Source of the DNA: an uncultured Bifidobacteriaceae bacterium
GTDB taxonomy: Bacteria; Actinomycetota; Acidimicrobiia; IMCC26256; PALSA-555
DNA length: 64,000 bases
Assembly: GCA_964501785.1 (NCBI GenBank)
Contig: CAZCUD010000010.1
Location: 66,088-130,087 of the forward strand
Reading direction: 5' to 3'
Shown here: piece after piece, positions 38,667-47,036 of the stretch
How the letters are laid out: the number at the start of each line of letters is the position of its first letter
Numbering within the stretch: the first letter of the stretch is position 1
Position numbers and translations under genes: made by a program
Notes under the pieces: generated by a model
Database searches by the model: none
The model's input: only the letters and a program-made list of their open reading frames with translations
Told to the model about the DNA's origin: nothing

Positions 38667-39544
38667 CCGTCCGCCCGATCGACGGCCGCGACACGTCGCC
38701 ACGCGATGACCCGCTGCGCACCGAGCTCGTCGAGCTCCTGGAAGCGGCGGGGGCGCATCACGACGAGCAAGGTCCGCGCGCGCACGTCTGGGAGCAGATC
38801 GAAGCGGCGATCTCCGAGCGCCCCCGGCCGAGCGCGACGCCGACCCCGATCGCGACCGCCCGCCGGCGCCGGGCCCGACGCACCATCGTGCGCATCGCGG
38901 CGATCGCGGCGGCCGTCTCGTCCGTGGGCGGACTCGCGTACGCCGGGCTCGCCTCGTCGGGGGACGAGGGCGCGGCGCCGGTCCCCGCAGCCGCACCCGG
39001 CGCGGACGCGGTCGAGCGCGCGGCCCGTGACGCGTCGGAGCAGGCCGACGCGCTCCTCGTCACGCTGACCGGTGGCGATGGCGCCGCGGTGGTGGATGTC
39101 GTCGCGCTGCCCGACGGCACCGCGTACGTGCTCGAGAGCCGCCTGCCCGACGCCGATGGTCGTTACCTGCTGTACGCGCTGGTCGGGGAGGCTCGAGTGC
39201 TGCTCGGCACGCTCCGCGATGCCGGATCGCTGCGCCTCGACCGGATCCCCGCCGGCGCCGCGCTGCTGGCGCTGGTGGACGACGTCGGCGAGATCGTCGC
39301 CGGCGCCTCGCTCGTGAGCGACGCGCCGCCGGTCACCCCGCCCGCGCTCCCGGGGACCGGCGACCCCGGCCGAACGGCGAACCGCCGGTCGGTGCCCGAC
39401 CCCGAGACGGACCCACCACCGCCGCCGACGGGTCTGCCGGCGCTGCCCGAGGCCCCCGCGGTGCCACCGCCGCCGCCCGACGATCCAGCGCCACTCGTCG
39501 AGATCGACCTGCCTGCGCTGCTGCGCGACCTGATCCCGGGCTGA
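38663..39544 (+). CDS. Single-pass membrane protein translationally coupled to the ECF sigma (putative anti-sigma factor)
   Basis: ATGA overlap with the sigma stop. One TM helix (IVRIAAIAAAVSSVGGLAYAGL) and a Pro-rich C-terminus. No zinc-finger anti-sigma motif was seen. Confidence 0.5.
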   Translation: MTVRPIDGRDTSPRDDPLRTELVELLEAAGAHHDEQGPRAHVWEQIEAAISERPRPSATPTPIATARRRRARRTIVRIAAIAAAVSSVGGLAYAGLASSGDEGAAPVPAAAPGADAVERAARDASEQADALLVTLTGGDGAAVVDVVALPDGTAYVLESRLPDADGRYLLYALVGEARVLLGTLRDAGSLRLDRIPAGAALLALVDDVGEIVAGASLVSDAPPVTPPALPGTGDPGRTANRRSVPDPETDPPPPPTGLPALPEAPAVPPPPPDDPAPLVEIDLPALLRDLIPG

Positions 39545-39568
39545 CGCGGAGACCGGCGCGTCCCGGGG

Positions 39569-40228
39569 CTAGGAGACCTCGGCGTGACGCACCAGCCCCT
39601 CGCGGCGGGCGGTCGCGACGGCACCGAGCCGGGAGTGCGCGCCGAGCTTGGCGATGAGTCGCTGCACGTGGTTGCGCGCGGTGTTGTTGCTGATGAAGAG
39701 CGACTCGGCGATCTCTCGCGTGGTCAGGCCCTCGGCGAGGAGCGCGAGCACCTCCTGCTCGCGCGCGGTGAGGTCGAAGCGATCGCGACGCGCCCGAGCC
39801 TTCGCAGGGCTCGCGAGCCGAGCGGTCGCCTCGGGATCGATCGCGCTCCGCCCGTCGCGAACTGATCGCACCGCGGCGACCAGCTCGTCGACCGCCTTGT
39901 CCTTGGTGACGAAGCCGGCGCATCCTGCCAGCACCGCGGCACGGAGCACCTCGTCGTTCGAGAGACCGGTGAGCATGATGACCTCGACCGCAGGCGCCAC
40001 TCGGCGGATCTCGCGCGCCACCGCGACCCCGTCACCACCGGGCAGCGCGTAGTCGAGGACCACGACGTCCGGCGCGTCGTTCGCGATCGCGACGAGGGCC
40101 TCGTCGCCGTTCGACGCGACGCCGCACACCGAGATGTCGTCGTGGCGCGCGAGGACGTTGGCGACCAGCTCGGCGAACATCCGGTGGTCGTCGACGATCA
40201 GGACCCGAGTCGATGTCGTGCTGCTCAC
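39569..40228 (-). CDS. LuxR/NarL-family response regulator
   Basis: GTG at 40228. Receiver VLIVDDH...DVVVLDYALPGGDG. C-terminal HTH LTAREQEVLALLAEGLTTREIAESLFISNNTARNHVQRL. The 578-aa ORF extension was rejected. Confidence 0.85.
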   Translation of the reverse strand: MSSTTSTRVLIVDDHRMFAELVANVLARHDDISVCGVASNGDEALVAIANDAPDVVVLDYALPGGDGVAVAREIRRVAPAVEVIMLTGLSNDEVLRAAVLAGCAGFVTKDKAVDELVAAVRSVRDGRSAIDPEATARLASPAKARARRDRFDLTAREQEVLALLAEGLTTREIAESLFISNNTARNHVQRLIAKLGAHSRLGAVATARREGLVRHAEVS

Positions 40229-40459
40229 GAGGCGGCGCTCCACGTGGCCGGCGGGCTCCGTGCCGGGATCAGGGTTGGACCAGGTGCTCGGAAAGGCTAC
40301 GGAGGCGAGCACCCAGAGTGGTGGTCTTCCCGGCTTCGACCGCGGCGATGACGCGTCCGCGTCATGCATCACGATCGCGCAGGCGCGCCTCCAGCCCCCC
40401 ACGAGGCCGGACGAATCCCTGTCTCGACACGTGAACGTTCGGGAGCTGGGAGACATCGG

Positions 40460-40918
40460 ATGTCGTGGAAGCGCAAGTCGTTGCTGGCCGTCGCCGCACT
40501 CGCGGTCACTCTGGGTGGTCTTGCCGCCGCGCTCTGGAGCGCGTCGGGGAGCGGGTCGGGTCGCGCCCGGGCCGCGGTCGCGCAGTCGGTGACCGTGAGC
40601 GCGTCGACGGGCACTGCCGACCTCTATCCGGGGTTCACCGGTGGCGACCTCTCGTTCACGCTGACCAACCCGAACTCGTACCCGGTGACCTTCACGGCGA
40701 TGACCGCGGGCGCGGTCACCTCGTCCGACCCCTCGGGATGCCCGGCGTCGAACGTGACCGTCGCGAACGCGACCGGCCTCACGCTGCCGGTTGCCGGGGG
40801 AGCCACGACCGGCGCGCTGTCGATCGCCGACGTCGTGTCGATGGGCGCCGCCGCGCCCGACGGGTGTCAGGGCGTGACGTTCGACGTCGCGGTCACCCTG
40901 ACCGGCTCGCAGACCTGA
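40460..40918 (+). CDS. Small exported protein with an alternate/SipW-type signal-peptide-like N-terminus
   Basis: ATG at 40460. MSWKRKSLLAVAALAVTLGGLAAALWSAS followed by a roughly 120-aa Thr/Ala-rich domain with 2 Cys. Confidence 0.6.
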   Translation: MSWKRKSLLAVAALAVTLGGLAAALWSASGSGSGRARAAVAQSVTVSASTGTADLYPGFTGGDLSFTLTNPNSYPVTFTAMTAGAVTSSDPSGCPASNVTVANATGLTLPVAGGATTGALSIADVVSMGAAAPDGCQGVTFDVAVTLTGSQT

Positions 40919-40961
40919 CCCCGGGATCCGTTCCGAGACGCGTCCGGACCGGGCCGGTGCC

Positions 40962-42569
40962 ATGAAGCGCGCGACGGGATCGCTCGTGCTCGTCATCGGG
41001 ACGCTCCTGTCGCTCGCGCTCATGGGTGGTGTGTACGCGCTGTGGAGCGCGACGACGGCGACGGGAGGGACTGCCGGCGTGCGCGCCGCCGCGCTCGGTG
41101 CCGGCAACCAGCCCGACGTCGGGGTCCTCGGGACCGCGGTCGAGGTCTCGTGGGCCCCGACCGAGCTGCCGGACGGCGAGCCCGTCGCCGCGTACGAGGT
41201 GAGCGCGCACGACGCGACCAGCGGCGCGGCGCGTGCCGTCGCGGGGACCTGTGCCGGCCTGATCTCGACGACGTCGTGCACCGACCTCGCAGTGCCATCG
41301 GGCACGTGGCGCTACCGCGTGGTGCCGCGCGAAGCGTCGTGGACGGGCATCCCGAGCCCGCTGAGCGGCACTGCGACAGTCGACTCGACGCCGCCCGACG
41401 TCGCTATGAGCTTCCCGATCGAGGGAGGCGCGTACACGAACACCCTCTGGAACGCGGGCTGTGCCGGTGTCGGTGGCGCCGGCGTGTGCGGCACCGCGAG
41501 CGATGCCCTGACGGGACTGGCCACGGTGCGGGTCAGCGTGCGGCGCGCATCAACCGGCCTGTACTGGAACGGGTCGTCGTACTCGAGCGCCACGGAGGTG
41601 CTGCTCACCCCGATCGGCACCTCGTCGTGGCGGCTCGCGCTCTCGGGCTCGAGCTTCCCGGGGGAGGGGACCTACGTCGCGCGGGTCGTGGCCACCGACA
41701 CGAGCGGCAACTCGGCATCGACGAGCACGACCTTCGCGATCGACCGCAGCGCACCCACGATCTCGATCGTCGACCCCCCGGCGTCGACGACGTTCGGCCG
41801 TGGCGAGTGGGACGCCGCGTGCGGCGTCTGCGGCTCGGCCAGCGACGCGATCAGCGCGGTGGCCAACGTGCGCGTCAGCATCCGACAGGGCTCGAGCACC
41901 TACTGGGACGGTTCCGCGTTCGCGTCGCCGACCGAGGTGCCCTTCACCGCGAACGGGACGACGGCGTGGTCGTTGCCCTTCGCGTCTTCCGCGTTCCCCG
42001 CCAACGGCACGTACACGGTGCGCGCGGTCGCAGCCGACATGACCGGCGCGACCGCGCAGCAGACGCGCAGCTTCACCATGGACGTCACCGGGCCGACTCC
42101 GAGCGCGCTCGCGCTCGTCAACGGAGGCGGGACCGCAGGCCTCGGTCGGATCAACCCCGGGAGCGACTCGTTGCGGATCACCTTCGGCGAGCGGCTCGCG
42201 GTGAGCTCGATCTGCTCGTCCTGGAGCGGTGACACGGCGAACCAGTCGGCGACGGCGGTCGTCACCGTCACCGATGTCGGCGCGAACGACGAGCTCTCGG
42301 TCGCTGCGCCCGGATGCCCCCTGCACGTCGGGACGGTCTCGCTGGGTGGCGACTACGTGAGTGCGACCGCGACGTTCGGCGGCACCGTGACCTGGACCGT
42401 GAGCAGCCGGCGCATCACGATCACCATCGGGTCGCAGACCGGCGGCACGCTCGCCACCGTCGCCGCCACCGCGGGGACTGCGGTCTACGCGCCCGACGGA
42501 GCGATCACCGACGTCGAGGGGAACCCGGTGAGCACGGCCGCGTTCGCGGCGACGGGTCAGCGACTCTGA
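40962..42569 (+). CDS. Large exported protein: same signal motif, FN3-like segment, two tandem Ig-like repeats
   Basis: MKRATGSLVLVIGTLLSLALMGGVYALWSAT. Residues about 141-260 and 261-378 are clear paralogous repeats (CGTASDALTGLATVRVSVR.. versus CGSASDAISAVANVRVSIR..). Confidence 0.65.
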   Translation: MKRATGSLVLVIGTLLSLALMGGVYALWSATTATGGTAGVRAAALGAGNQPDVGVLGTAVEVSWAPTELPDGEPVAAYEVSAHDATSGAARAVAGTCAGLISTTSCTDLAVPSGTWRYRVVPREASWTGIPSPLSGTATVDSTPPDVAMSFPIEGGAYTNTLWNAGCAGVGGAGVCGTASDALTGLATVRVSVRRASTGLYWNGSSYSSATEVLLTPIGTSSWRLALSGSSFPGEGTYVARVVATDTSGNSASTSTTFAIDRSAPTISIVDPPASTTFGRGEWDAACGVCGSASDAISAVANVRVSIRQGSSTYWDGSAFASPTEVPFTANGTTAWSLPFASSAFPANGTYTVRAVAADMTGATAQQTRSFTMDVTGPTPSALALVNGGGTAGLGRINPGSDSLRITFGERLAVSSICSSWSGDTANQSATAVVTVTDVGANDELSVAAPGCPLHVGTVSLGGDYVSATATFGGTVTWTVSSRRITITIGSQTGGTLATVAATAGTAVYAPDGAITDVEGNPVSTAAFAATGQRL

Positions 42570-42578
42570 CCCGCACGC

Positions 42579-44096
42579 TCACCTCCTCCGGGCAGCCCGA
42601 TCGGCCGACGACGCGTCGAAGGCCCGGGGGAGCGTGAACCGGAACCGGCTCCCGCCGCCGGGCGCGTCCTCGACCCAGATCCGGCCGCCGTGGCGCTCGA
42701 CGATGCGTCGGCAGATGGTCAGGCCGAGGCCGTGCCCGGGAGCCGTCGCTCCCGAGCTCCCACGGGAGAACGGCGCGAACACCCGTGACCGCTCTGCCTC
42801 TGGGACGCCGACGCCGTCGTCGGTCACGCTGACGATCCAAATCGCGTCGGCAGCCTCGGCGTCGACGCGCACGACCGGGGATCGATCGGGTCGGCGATAC
42901 ACGAGCGCGTTCGCGAGCAGGTTCTGCAGCACCTGCGCGAGTCGGGTCTCGTCGCCGATCACCGGCGGCAGCTCGTCGATGTCCACGGTGGCGCCGACGT
43001 CCTCGATCTGGGGCGCGAGCGCGGCGCGCGCTCGGCGAGCGACCGCACCGAGGTCCACCTCGGCGGCCGGGCTCGACGGCGCTCCCGCGCTCGCGTACGT
43101 CAGGAGCTCCTCGATGAAGGACCGCATCCGGTCCGCTTCGTCGAGCACATGACCGATCCACTCGCGAGCCTCGTCCGGGAGCTGCTCTCCGTAGCGCTCG
43201 CGGAGCAGGTCTGCGAACCCGGACACGGTGCGCAGCGGTGCTGCGAGGTCGTGGGCGGCCACGGCCGCGAACTCCGTCAGCGCCTCGTTCGCCGCCTCCA
43301 GGCTCGCGAGCGCACGCGCGAGGCGCGCATCCTGCGCCCGGCGCTCGCTCACGTCGGTGAACGCGGTGACCGCGTACTGGCGGGTCCCGTCGACGCTCGT
43401 GACCGGTGCGGCGTACGACTCCACGGGTGTCGAGCCGTCGGGACGCGCGATCACGACGTCGTCGGCGCGGGTGGTCTCGCCCTTGAAGAGAGCGCGCGCG
43501 ATGGGGAGCTCGTCGAACGGATACGGCTCGCCGGTGCTCTCCCGGCGCATGTGGAAGTGCCTGATGATCTCGGTGCCCTCGAGGGAGACGAGATCGCCGG
43601 TTCCGAGGATCTCCCGCCCGACACGGTTGATGAAGACCATCCGTCCCGGCTCGACGATCGCCACCCCGACCGGGAGTGCCTCGAGGAAGCGCTGCGCCTG
43701 CTCGTCGGCGGTCGAGCGCGGCGCGGGTTCGCCGCGCGCCTCGATCGCCCGCACGAGCGCATCCAGCAGCTCGTGTGTCGGAGCCGTCTTGGCGACGAAG
43801 GCGCGCGCGCCCATGCTCAACGTGGTCGAGCGCTCGCCGACGAGCTCCGAGTGCACGACGATCGCCAGCTCGGGATGGGCTGCCGCGATGGCGGCGATGG
43901 CCGCGAGCCCGTCGGTGCCCGGCATCGAGAGGTCGAGCACGACCGCGTCGGGCCGCAGCTTCGCGACGACCGCGGCGGCGTCGTCACCGTCCGCCGCCTC
44001 TCCGACGACCCGGAGCCGCTCGTCCGCCTCGATCGCGGCGCGCACGAGCGCCCGGACGGACTCGTGGTCGTCGACGACGACGACGTCCCAGGTCAT
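42579..44096 (-). CDS. Soluble hybrid sensor histidine kinase (REC-PAS-HisKA-HATPase_c)
   Basis: ATG at 44096. Receiver VVVVDDH..AVVLDLSMPGTDG, PAS-like FLEALPVGVAIVEP, H-box AAVAAHDLAAPLRTV, ATPase GHGLGLTICRRIVERHGGRIWVE. No TM helix. Confidence 0.85.
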   Translation of the reverse strand: MTWDVVVVDDHESVRALVRAAIEADERLRVVGEAADGDDAAAVVAKLRPDAVVLDLSMPGTDGLAAIAAIAAAHPELAIVVHSELVGERSTTLSMGARAFVAKTAPTHELLDALVRAIEARGEPAPRSTADEQAQRFLEALPVGVAIVEPGRMVFINRVGREILGTGDLVSLEGTEIIRHFHMRRESTGEPYPFDELPIARALFKGETTRADDVVIARPDGSTPVESYAAPVTSVDGTRQYAVTAFTDVSERRAQDARLARALASLEAANEALTEFAAVAAHDLAAPLRTVSGFADLLRERYGEQLPDEAREWIGHVLDEADRMRSFIEELLTYASAGAPSSPAAEVDLGAVARRARAALAPQIEDVGATVDIDELPPVIGDETRLAQVLQNLLANALVYRRPDRSPVVRVDAEAADAIWIVSVTDDGVGVPEAERSRVFAPFSRGSSGATAPGHGLGLTICRRIVERHGGRIWVEDAPGGGSRFRFTLPRAFDASSADRAARRR

Positions 44097-44141
44097 CGCC
44101 GGACTCGAGCTCGCGGTGCCCGCGGCTCCCGCGGCTCCCGG

Positions 44142-44180
44142 GGCGCCCTCGGCAGGACTCGAACCTGCGCACACGGCTCC
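44142..44180 (-). repeat. tRNA 3'-end-like fragment, copy A (39 nt)
   Basis: The minus strand reads GGAGCCGUGUGC GCAGG UUCGAGU CCUGC CGAGGGC G CC, that is a T arm plus a 3' acceptor strand. It is identical to 44247-44285. No D arm or 5' acceptor follows. Confidence 0.7.
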
Positions 44181-44246
44181 CGGGTGGGGTCGGTGACCGA
44201 TGAGCATCGGACTCCGGAGCCGTGGTCGAGCGCCCTCGGCAGCCGC

Positions 44247-44285
44247 GGCGCCCTCGGCAGGACTCGAACCTGCGCACACGGCTCC
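44247..44285 (-). repeat. tRNA 3'-end-like fragment, copy B (39 nt)
   Basis: Identical to copy A. A 12-nt partial copy (CGCCCTCGGCAG) also sits at 44231-44242. The flank does not fold into a tRNA by hand. Confidence 0.7.
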
Positions 44286-44714
44286 GGAGGCCCTTCCGGA
44301 CTGTCCAAGCAGTCCAACGAGTGTGCCTCCGTTGCCCTGACCTGCAGCTTCGCGTCCGTTGTGTCCAGGGCGCCTATCCCGTCACTCCGAGTTGATTGAC
44401 AACCGGATTGACAGTCCCGTGGCGAGAATACCGAGAGTCGGCCCGCCGTCAACGACCAATCGCGGTGGGGATCGAGGGGGGACGACGAGCGCGTGTGGCG
44501 AGTCCGCTCTCAGCTCTCGGCCTTCCTGAACGCCATGACGAGCGCGAACGCAACGGCCCTAGTCGAGAAGAGCCGCCCAGGTGCTTCCATCGAGTCGCCC
44601 ATTCGGTAGAGGTTCGGGGTACAGGTCGACCCAGACAGGATGTCCATCTGGCTGCTCCACATCGGACACACGACTCGACGCTCACGTCGGCTCATACTTC
44701 TAGACGGGAACCGC

Positions 44715-45401
44715 CTAGAAGTGTGCGAAGAGGATGTCAACGGTTACGAATGGTTCGCCGAACTTGCGCTGGTACAAGACCGACCAGGTTGGGCCATCGC
44801 GGATGACGCTGCCGAAGACGCGGCCTTCCTTTCGACATCTCATCGTCGGCTCGACTTCCTCGAGCGTTGAACCGAAGGGTCCGGCGTCGACACAGCGATC
44901 GCCGTTGGCCAGTTCGACTGCCCACGGCTCCGCGCTGAACGGATCGCCGCCAGGAGTTGGGGTTGAGACCTCAAGAGTCCCACGGAACCACCTGCCGTTG
45001 CCGGAGAGTCCATCGGGGCACCAAAAGTCCACCTCCTCCAGCCCGCTCGAAACGCCGAAGATGGTGTTCTCAAAGCAGGGATCGAGGACTCCATGTTCCC
45101 TTGTTGCGCACATCCGCACGTCATCGCGTCGACTGGCCTCTGATGGGGCACGACAGTCCGCGACGTCTGTAGGTCGAAAGCTCGTAGTGCGACTTGGGAC
45201 TCGATCCAGTATCAACCGCGTGGTCGGTCGGGGTGCTGCTTGTTGAATCAATCGTTGCGTCCGTCGGTCGGTAGCTTGTGATTGCCGACTCGCTGACTCG
45301 CTTGCTCGCCAGGCGACGAAGGCCACAAGCAGCGTCAAGGAAGCCGCGATCAACGCACCCCACGCAACCACTCGGGACTCGTGGTGACCCCAGGCGGACA
45401 T
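44715..45401 (-). CDS. Hypothetical membrane-anchored protein with a Cys-containing extracytoplasmic domain
   Basis: N-terminal TM VVAWGALIAASLTLLVAFVAW followed by about 170 aa with 6 Cys. No family recognised. The stop codon lies inside a CTTCTAG..CTAGAAG inverted repeat. Confidence 0.5.
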   Translation of the reverse strand: MSAWGHHESRVVAWGALIAASLTLLVAFVAWRASESASRQSQATDRRTQRLIQQAAPRPTTRLILDRVPSRTTSFRPTDVADCRAPSEASRRDDVRMCATREHGVLDPCFENTIFGVSSGLEEVDFWCPDGLSGNGRWFRGTLEVSTPTPGGDPFSAEPWAVELANGDRCVDAGPFGSTLEEVEPTMRCRKEGRVFGSVIRDGPTWSVLYQRKFGEPFVTVDILFAHF

Positions 45402-45749
45402 CGATCGACTCTAACCAGGCGTTCGCATGACAACTGGTGGCAATTCGGATCAACGAAGTCGTCAGCGATCCGCGGGACTGTGCAGAGCCGCTGGCGACGC
45501 CATGTACAAGTTCGAAAACGCTGCTGCCCACGGCTCACCGCCGTCAGGGACCTCTGTGGGTGCAGTGAAGATCGCAGAGACGAGGGGCATAGCCTCCTTG
45601 TTCCAGGCGGGCCGGAATCTCGTCCGACCCTTCGGTGTCGAGGACTTGTGCTGTCGAACCCTGCTGAGATTGTGGAGCGCTACTCGCTGACCGTCGACGG
45701 TCCATTGCTGGGTGCCCTGCCGATCATCGATTGATGTAGCCGGGCAGAC

Positions 45750-46733
45750 CTACACCCACGGCGGTGTGGGTGGCGCCTGCTTGTCCGCCTTGTAGTGACG
45801 CACGTTTGGATAGGCGACGGTAGCCATCGTGTTTTGCGCCGCGAGTCGCCAGGACGCATTCCGACCGGGGACGGGTTCGATTGGTCGTCCAGCGGCCTCG
45901 ATGAAGATCCAGTCGGTCACGCCGCCGCCGAAGTAGTCGAAGACCGTGACTGAGAAGAAGAGACGTCCCTTAGGGTTCGGAGGATTCGGCTGTTCGTACG
46001 CCTCGGACCACTCTTTCAAGGTGTGCCCGCTCGCCCACTCGAGGACGGCCTCTTGTCCGGGTCGCAGGACGTACTCGGCAGAGAGTCCGCTCTTAGGTAC
46101 ATAGGTACCGACTTGCGCCGGGAGCCTGGGCGGACGAGTGCTCCGTGATGCCGCAATCGCGGTTGGCCGCTGCTCAAAAGGTGAGTTCTCTTCGATGAAC
46201 TGCGCTTCGCCATCCAGTCGCACTCGCGCGCTGCTCCTTCCTTCGTTGACGAGTAACCCTCGCATTCGGAACCACAAGAAGGCACCGGCGTCTTGGTCGA
46301 AGACGAACTCCTCGGACTCCTGCACCTGACGGGAGCGCTGAATAGAGAGTGTGTCCAGAAGGCGAAGATCGTTGGCTTGGGGCATCCGTTGACGGTTGAT
46401 GTCCAGTAGCGGCGGCCAAGCGATCGGCTCTAGGAACGCGACCACACTTGGTGCTTGAGTGTCGCTCCGCGCGCGCGCAGCCTCCTTGACTGACTCTTGT
46501 GCTGCCTCCGCTGACGTCGCAGCCGCGGTCGTTCCGTGCTCGGCTGCCGCTACTGCCCGTTCCGTCAGGAGGGTCTGTCGCCTCGCCTCGTCGACGGCCA
46601 GCTGAGTGAGGTCGGCTTGTTCCTGGGCTGCCAGGACACTCTGCCTGGTCTTTCGTCCGAGGTATACCGTGACAGCCGCAAGAGCGAAGGTTCCGACCGC
46701 AACCGCAACGTTCGTCCACTCCTGCGTGTTCAC
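45750..46733 (-). CDS. Hypothetical membrane-anchored protein (TM, Ala/Glu-rich helical segment, globular C-terminal domain)
   Basis: N-terminal TM WTNVAVAVGTFALAAVTVYLG, then a coiled-coil-like AQEQADLTQLAVDEARRQ..AAQESVKEAARAR. No family recognised. Confidence 0.55.
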   Translation of the reverse strand: MNTQEWTNVAVAVGTFALAAVTVYLGRKTRQSVLAAQEQADLTQLAVDEARRQTLLTERAVAAAEHGTTAAATSAEAAQESVKEAARARSDTQAPSVVAFLEPIAWPPLLDINRQRMPQANDLRLLDTLSIQRSRQVQESEEFVFDQDAGAFLWFRMRGLLVNEGRSSARVRLDGEAQFIEENSPFEQRPTAIAASRSTRPPRLPAQVGTYVPKSGLSAEYVLRPGQEAVLEWASGHTLKEWSEAYEQPNPPNPKGRLFFSVTVFDYFGGGVTDWIFIEAAGRPIEPVPGRNASWRLAAQNTMATVAYPNVRHYKADKQAPPTPPWV

Positions 46734-46815
46734 GTCGGTCTGCCCCTCGTTACGACGGTCGCCGGCTGCTTGCGACAGCCTGCGCCCCTGTCACGACACC
46801 CTTGAGCATCGGCGG

Positions 46816-46986
46816 GGCGCCCCCGGCAGGATTCGAACCTGCGACGCACGGTTTAGGAAGACACTCCGAGTCGTCCAGCCAGACCACTCACGTCCAGCGG
46901 GTGTTGTTCTGGCAGGACTCTACGTGCATTGCGTCCAGCCAGTGTCACGGCGTGTGCTGGAGTAGTAGGGCTGGCGGTAGGGACGA
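46816..46986 (-). repeat. 171-nt direct repeat, copy 1: tRNA-Arg(CCU)-like 3' half plus arm-like region
   Basis: The first 52 nt are identical to 59441-59492. The minus strand reads UUCCUAA ACCGU GCGUC GCAGG UUCGAAU CCUGC CGGGGGC G. The tail carries CGTCCAGCCAG x2, one GTAGGG (46965-46970) and one GTAGGGA (46977-46983). Confidence 0.75.
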
Positions 46987-47036
46987 CCCGCGATTCCCTT
47001 CATCGCGAGCGGCTCAGGCGCTGAGCAGGACGCTGG

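Larger units (their letters stand above)
44286..46815. mobile_element. Low-GC islet between tRNA-fragment repeats (putative remnant of an integrated element)
   Basis: It is visibly more AT-rich than all flanking DNA. It is bounded by tRNA 3'-like copies at 44247 and 46816 and carries only two orphan membrane-anchored ORFs. Confidence 0.35.

Noticed and set aside
39569-41305. Full 578-aa ORF including a long N-terminal extension of the response regulator
   Set aside because: The extension overlaps the divergent exported-protein genes and has shadow composition. The receiver domain begins right after the GTG at 40228.
42579-44279. N-terminal extension of the kinase ORF with the repeated peptide VCAGSSPAEGA
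   Set aside because: The repeat is the translation of the two tRNA-like 39-mers. The receiver domain starts at ATG 44096.
44247-44340. Attempt to fold copy B plus its flank into a complete (possibly long-variable-arm) tRNA
   Set aside because: No sequence complementary to the 3' acceptor strand was found and there is no D arm. The only hairpins (GGACUG..CAGUCC, UCCGGA..UCCGGA) have 6-nt loops without a U33-type anticodon loop.
44394-44413. Direct repeat GATTGACA-N4-GATTGACA with two TTGACA hexamers, considered as a promoter
   Set aside because: There is no acceptable -10 hexamer at 16-18 bp from either box and no credible downstream plus-strand gene.
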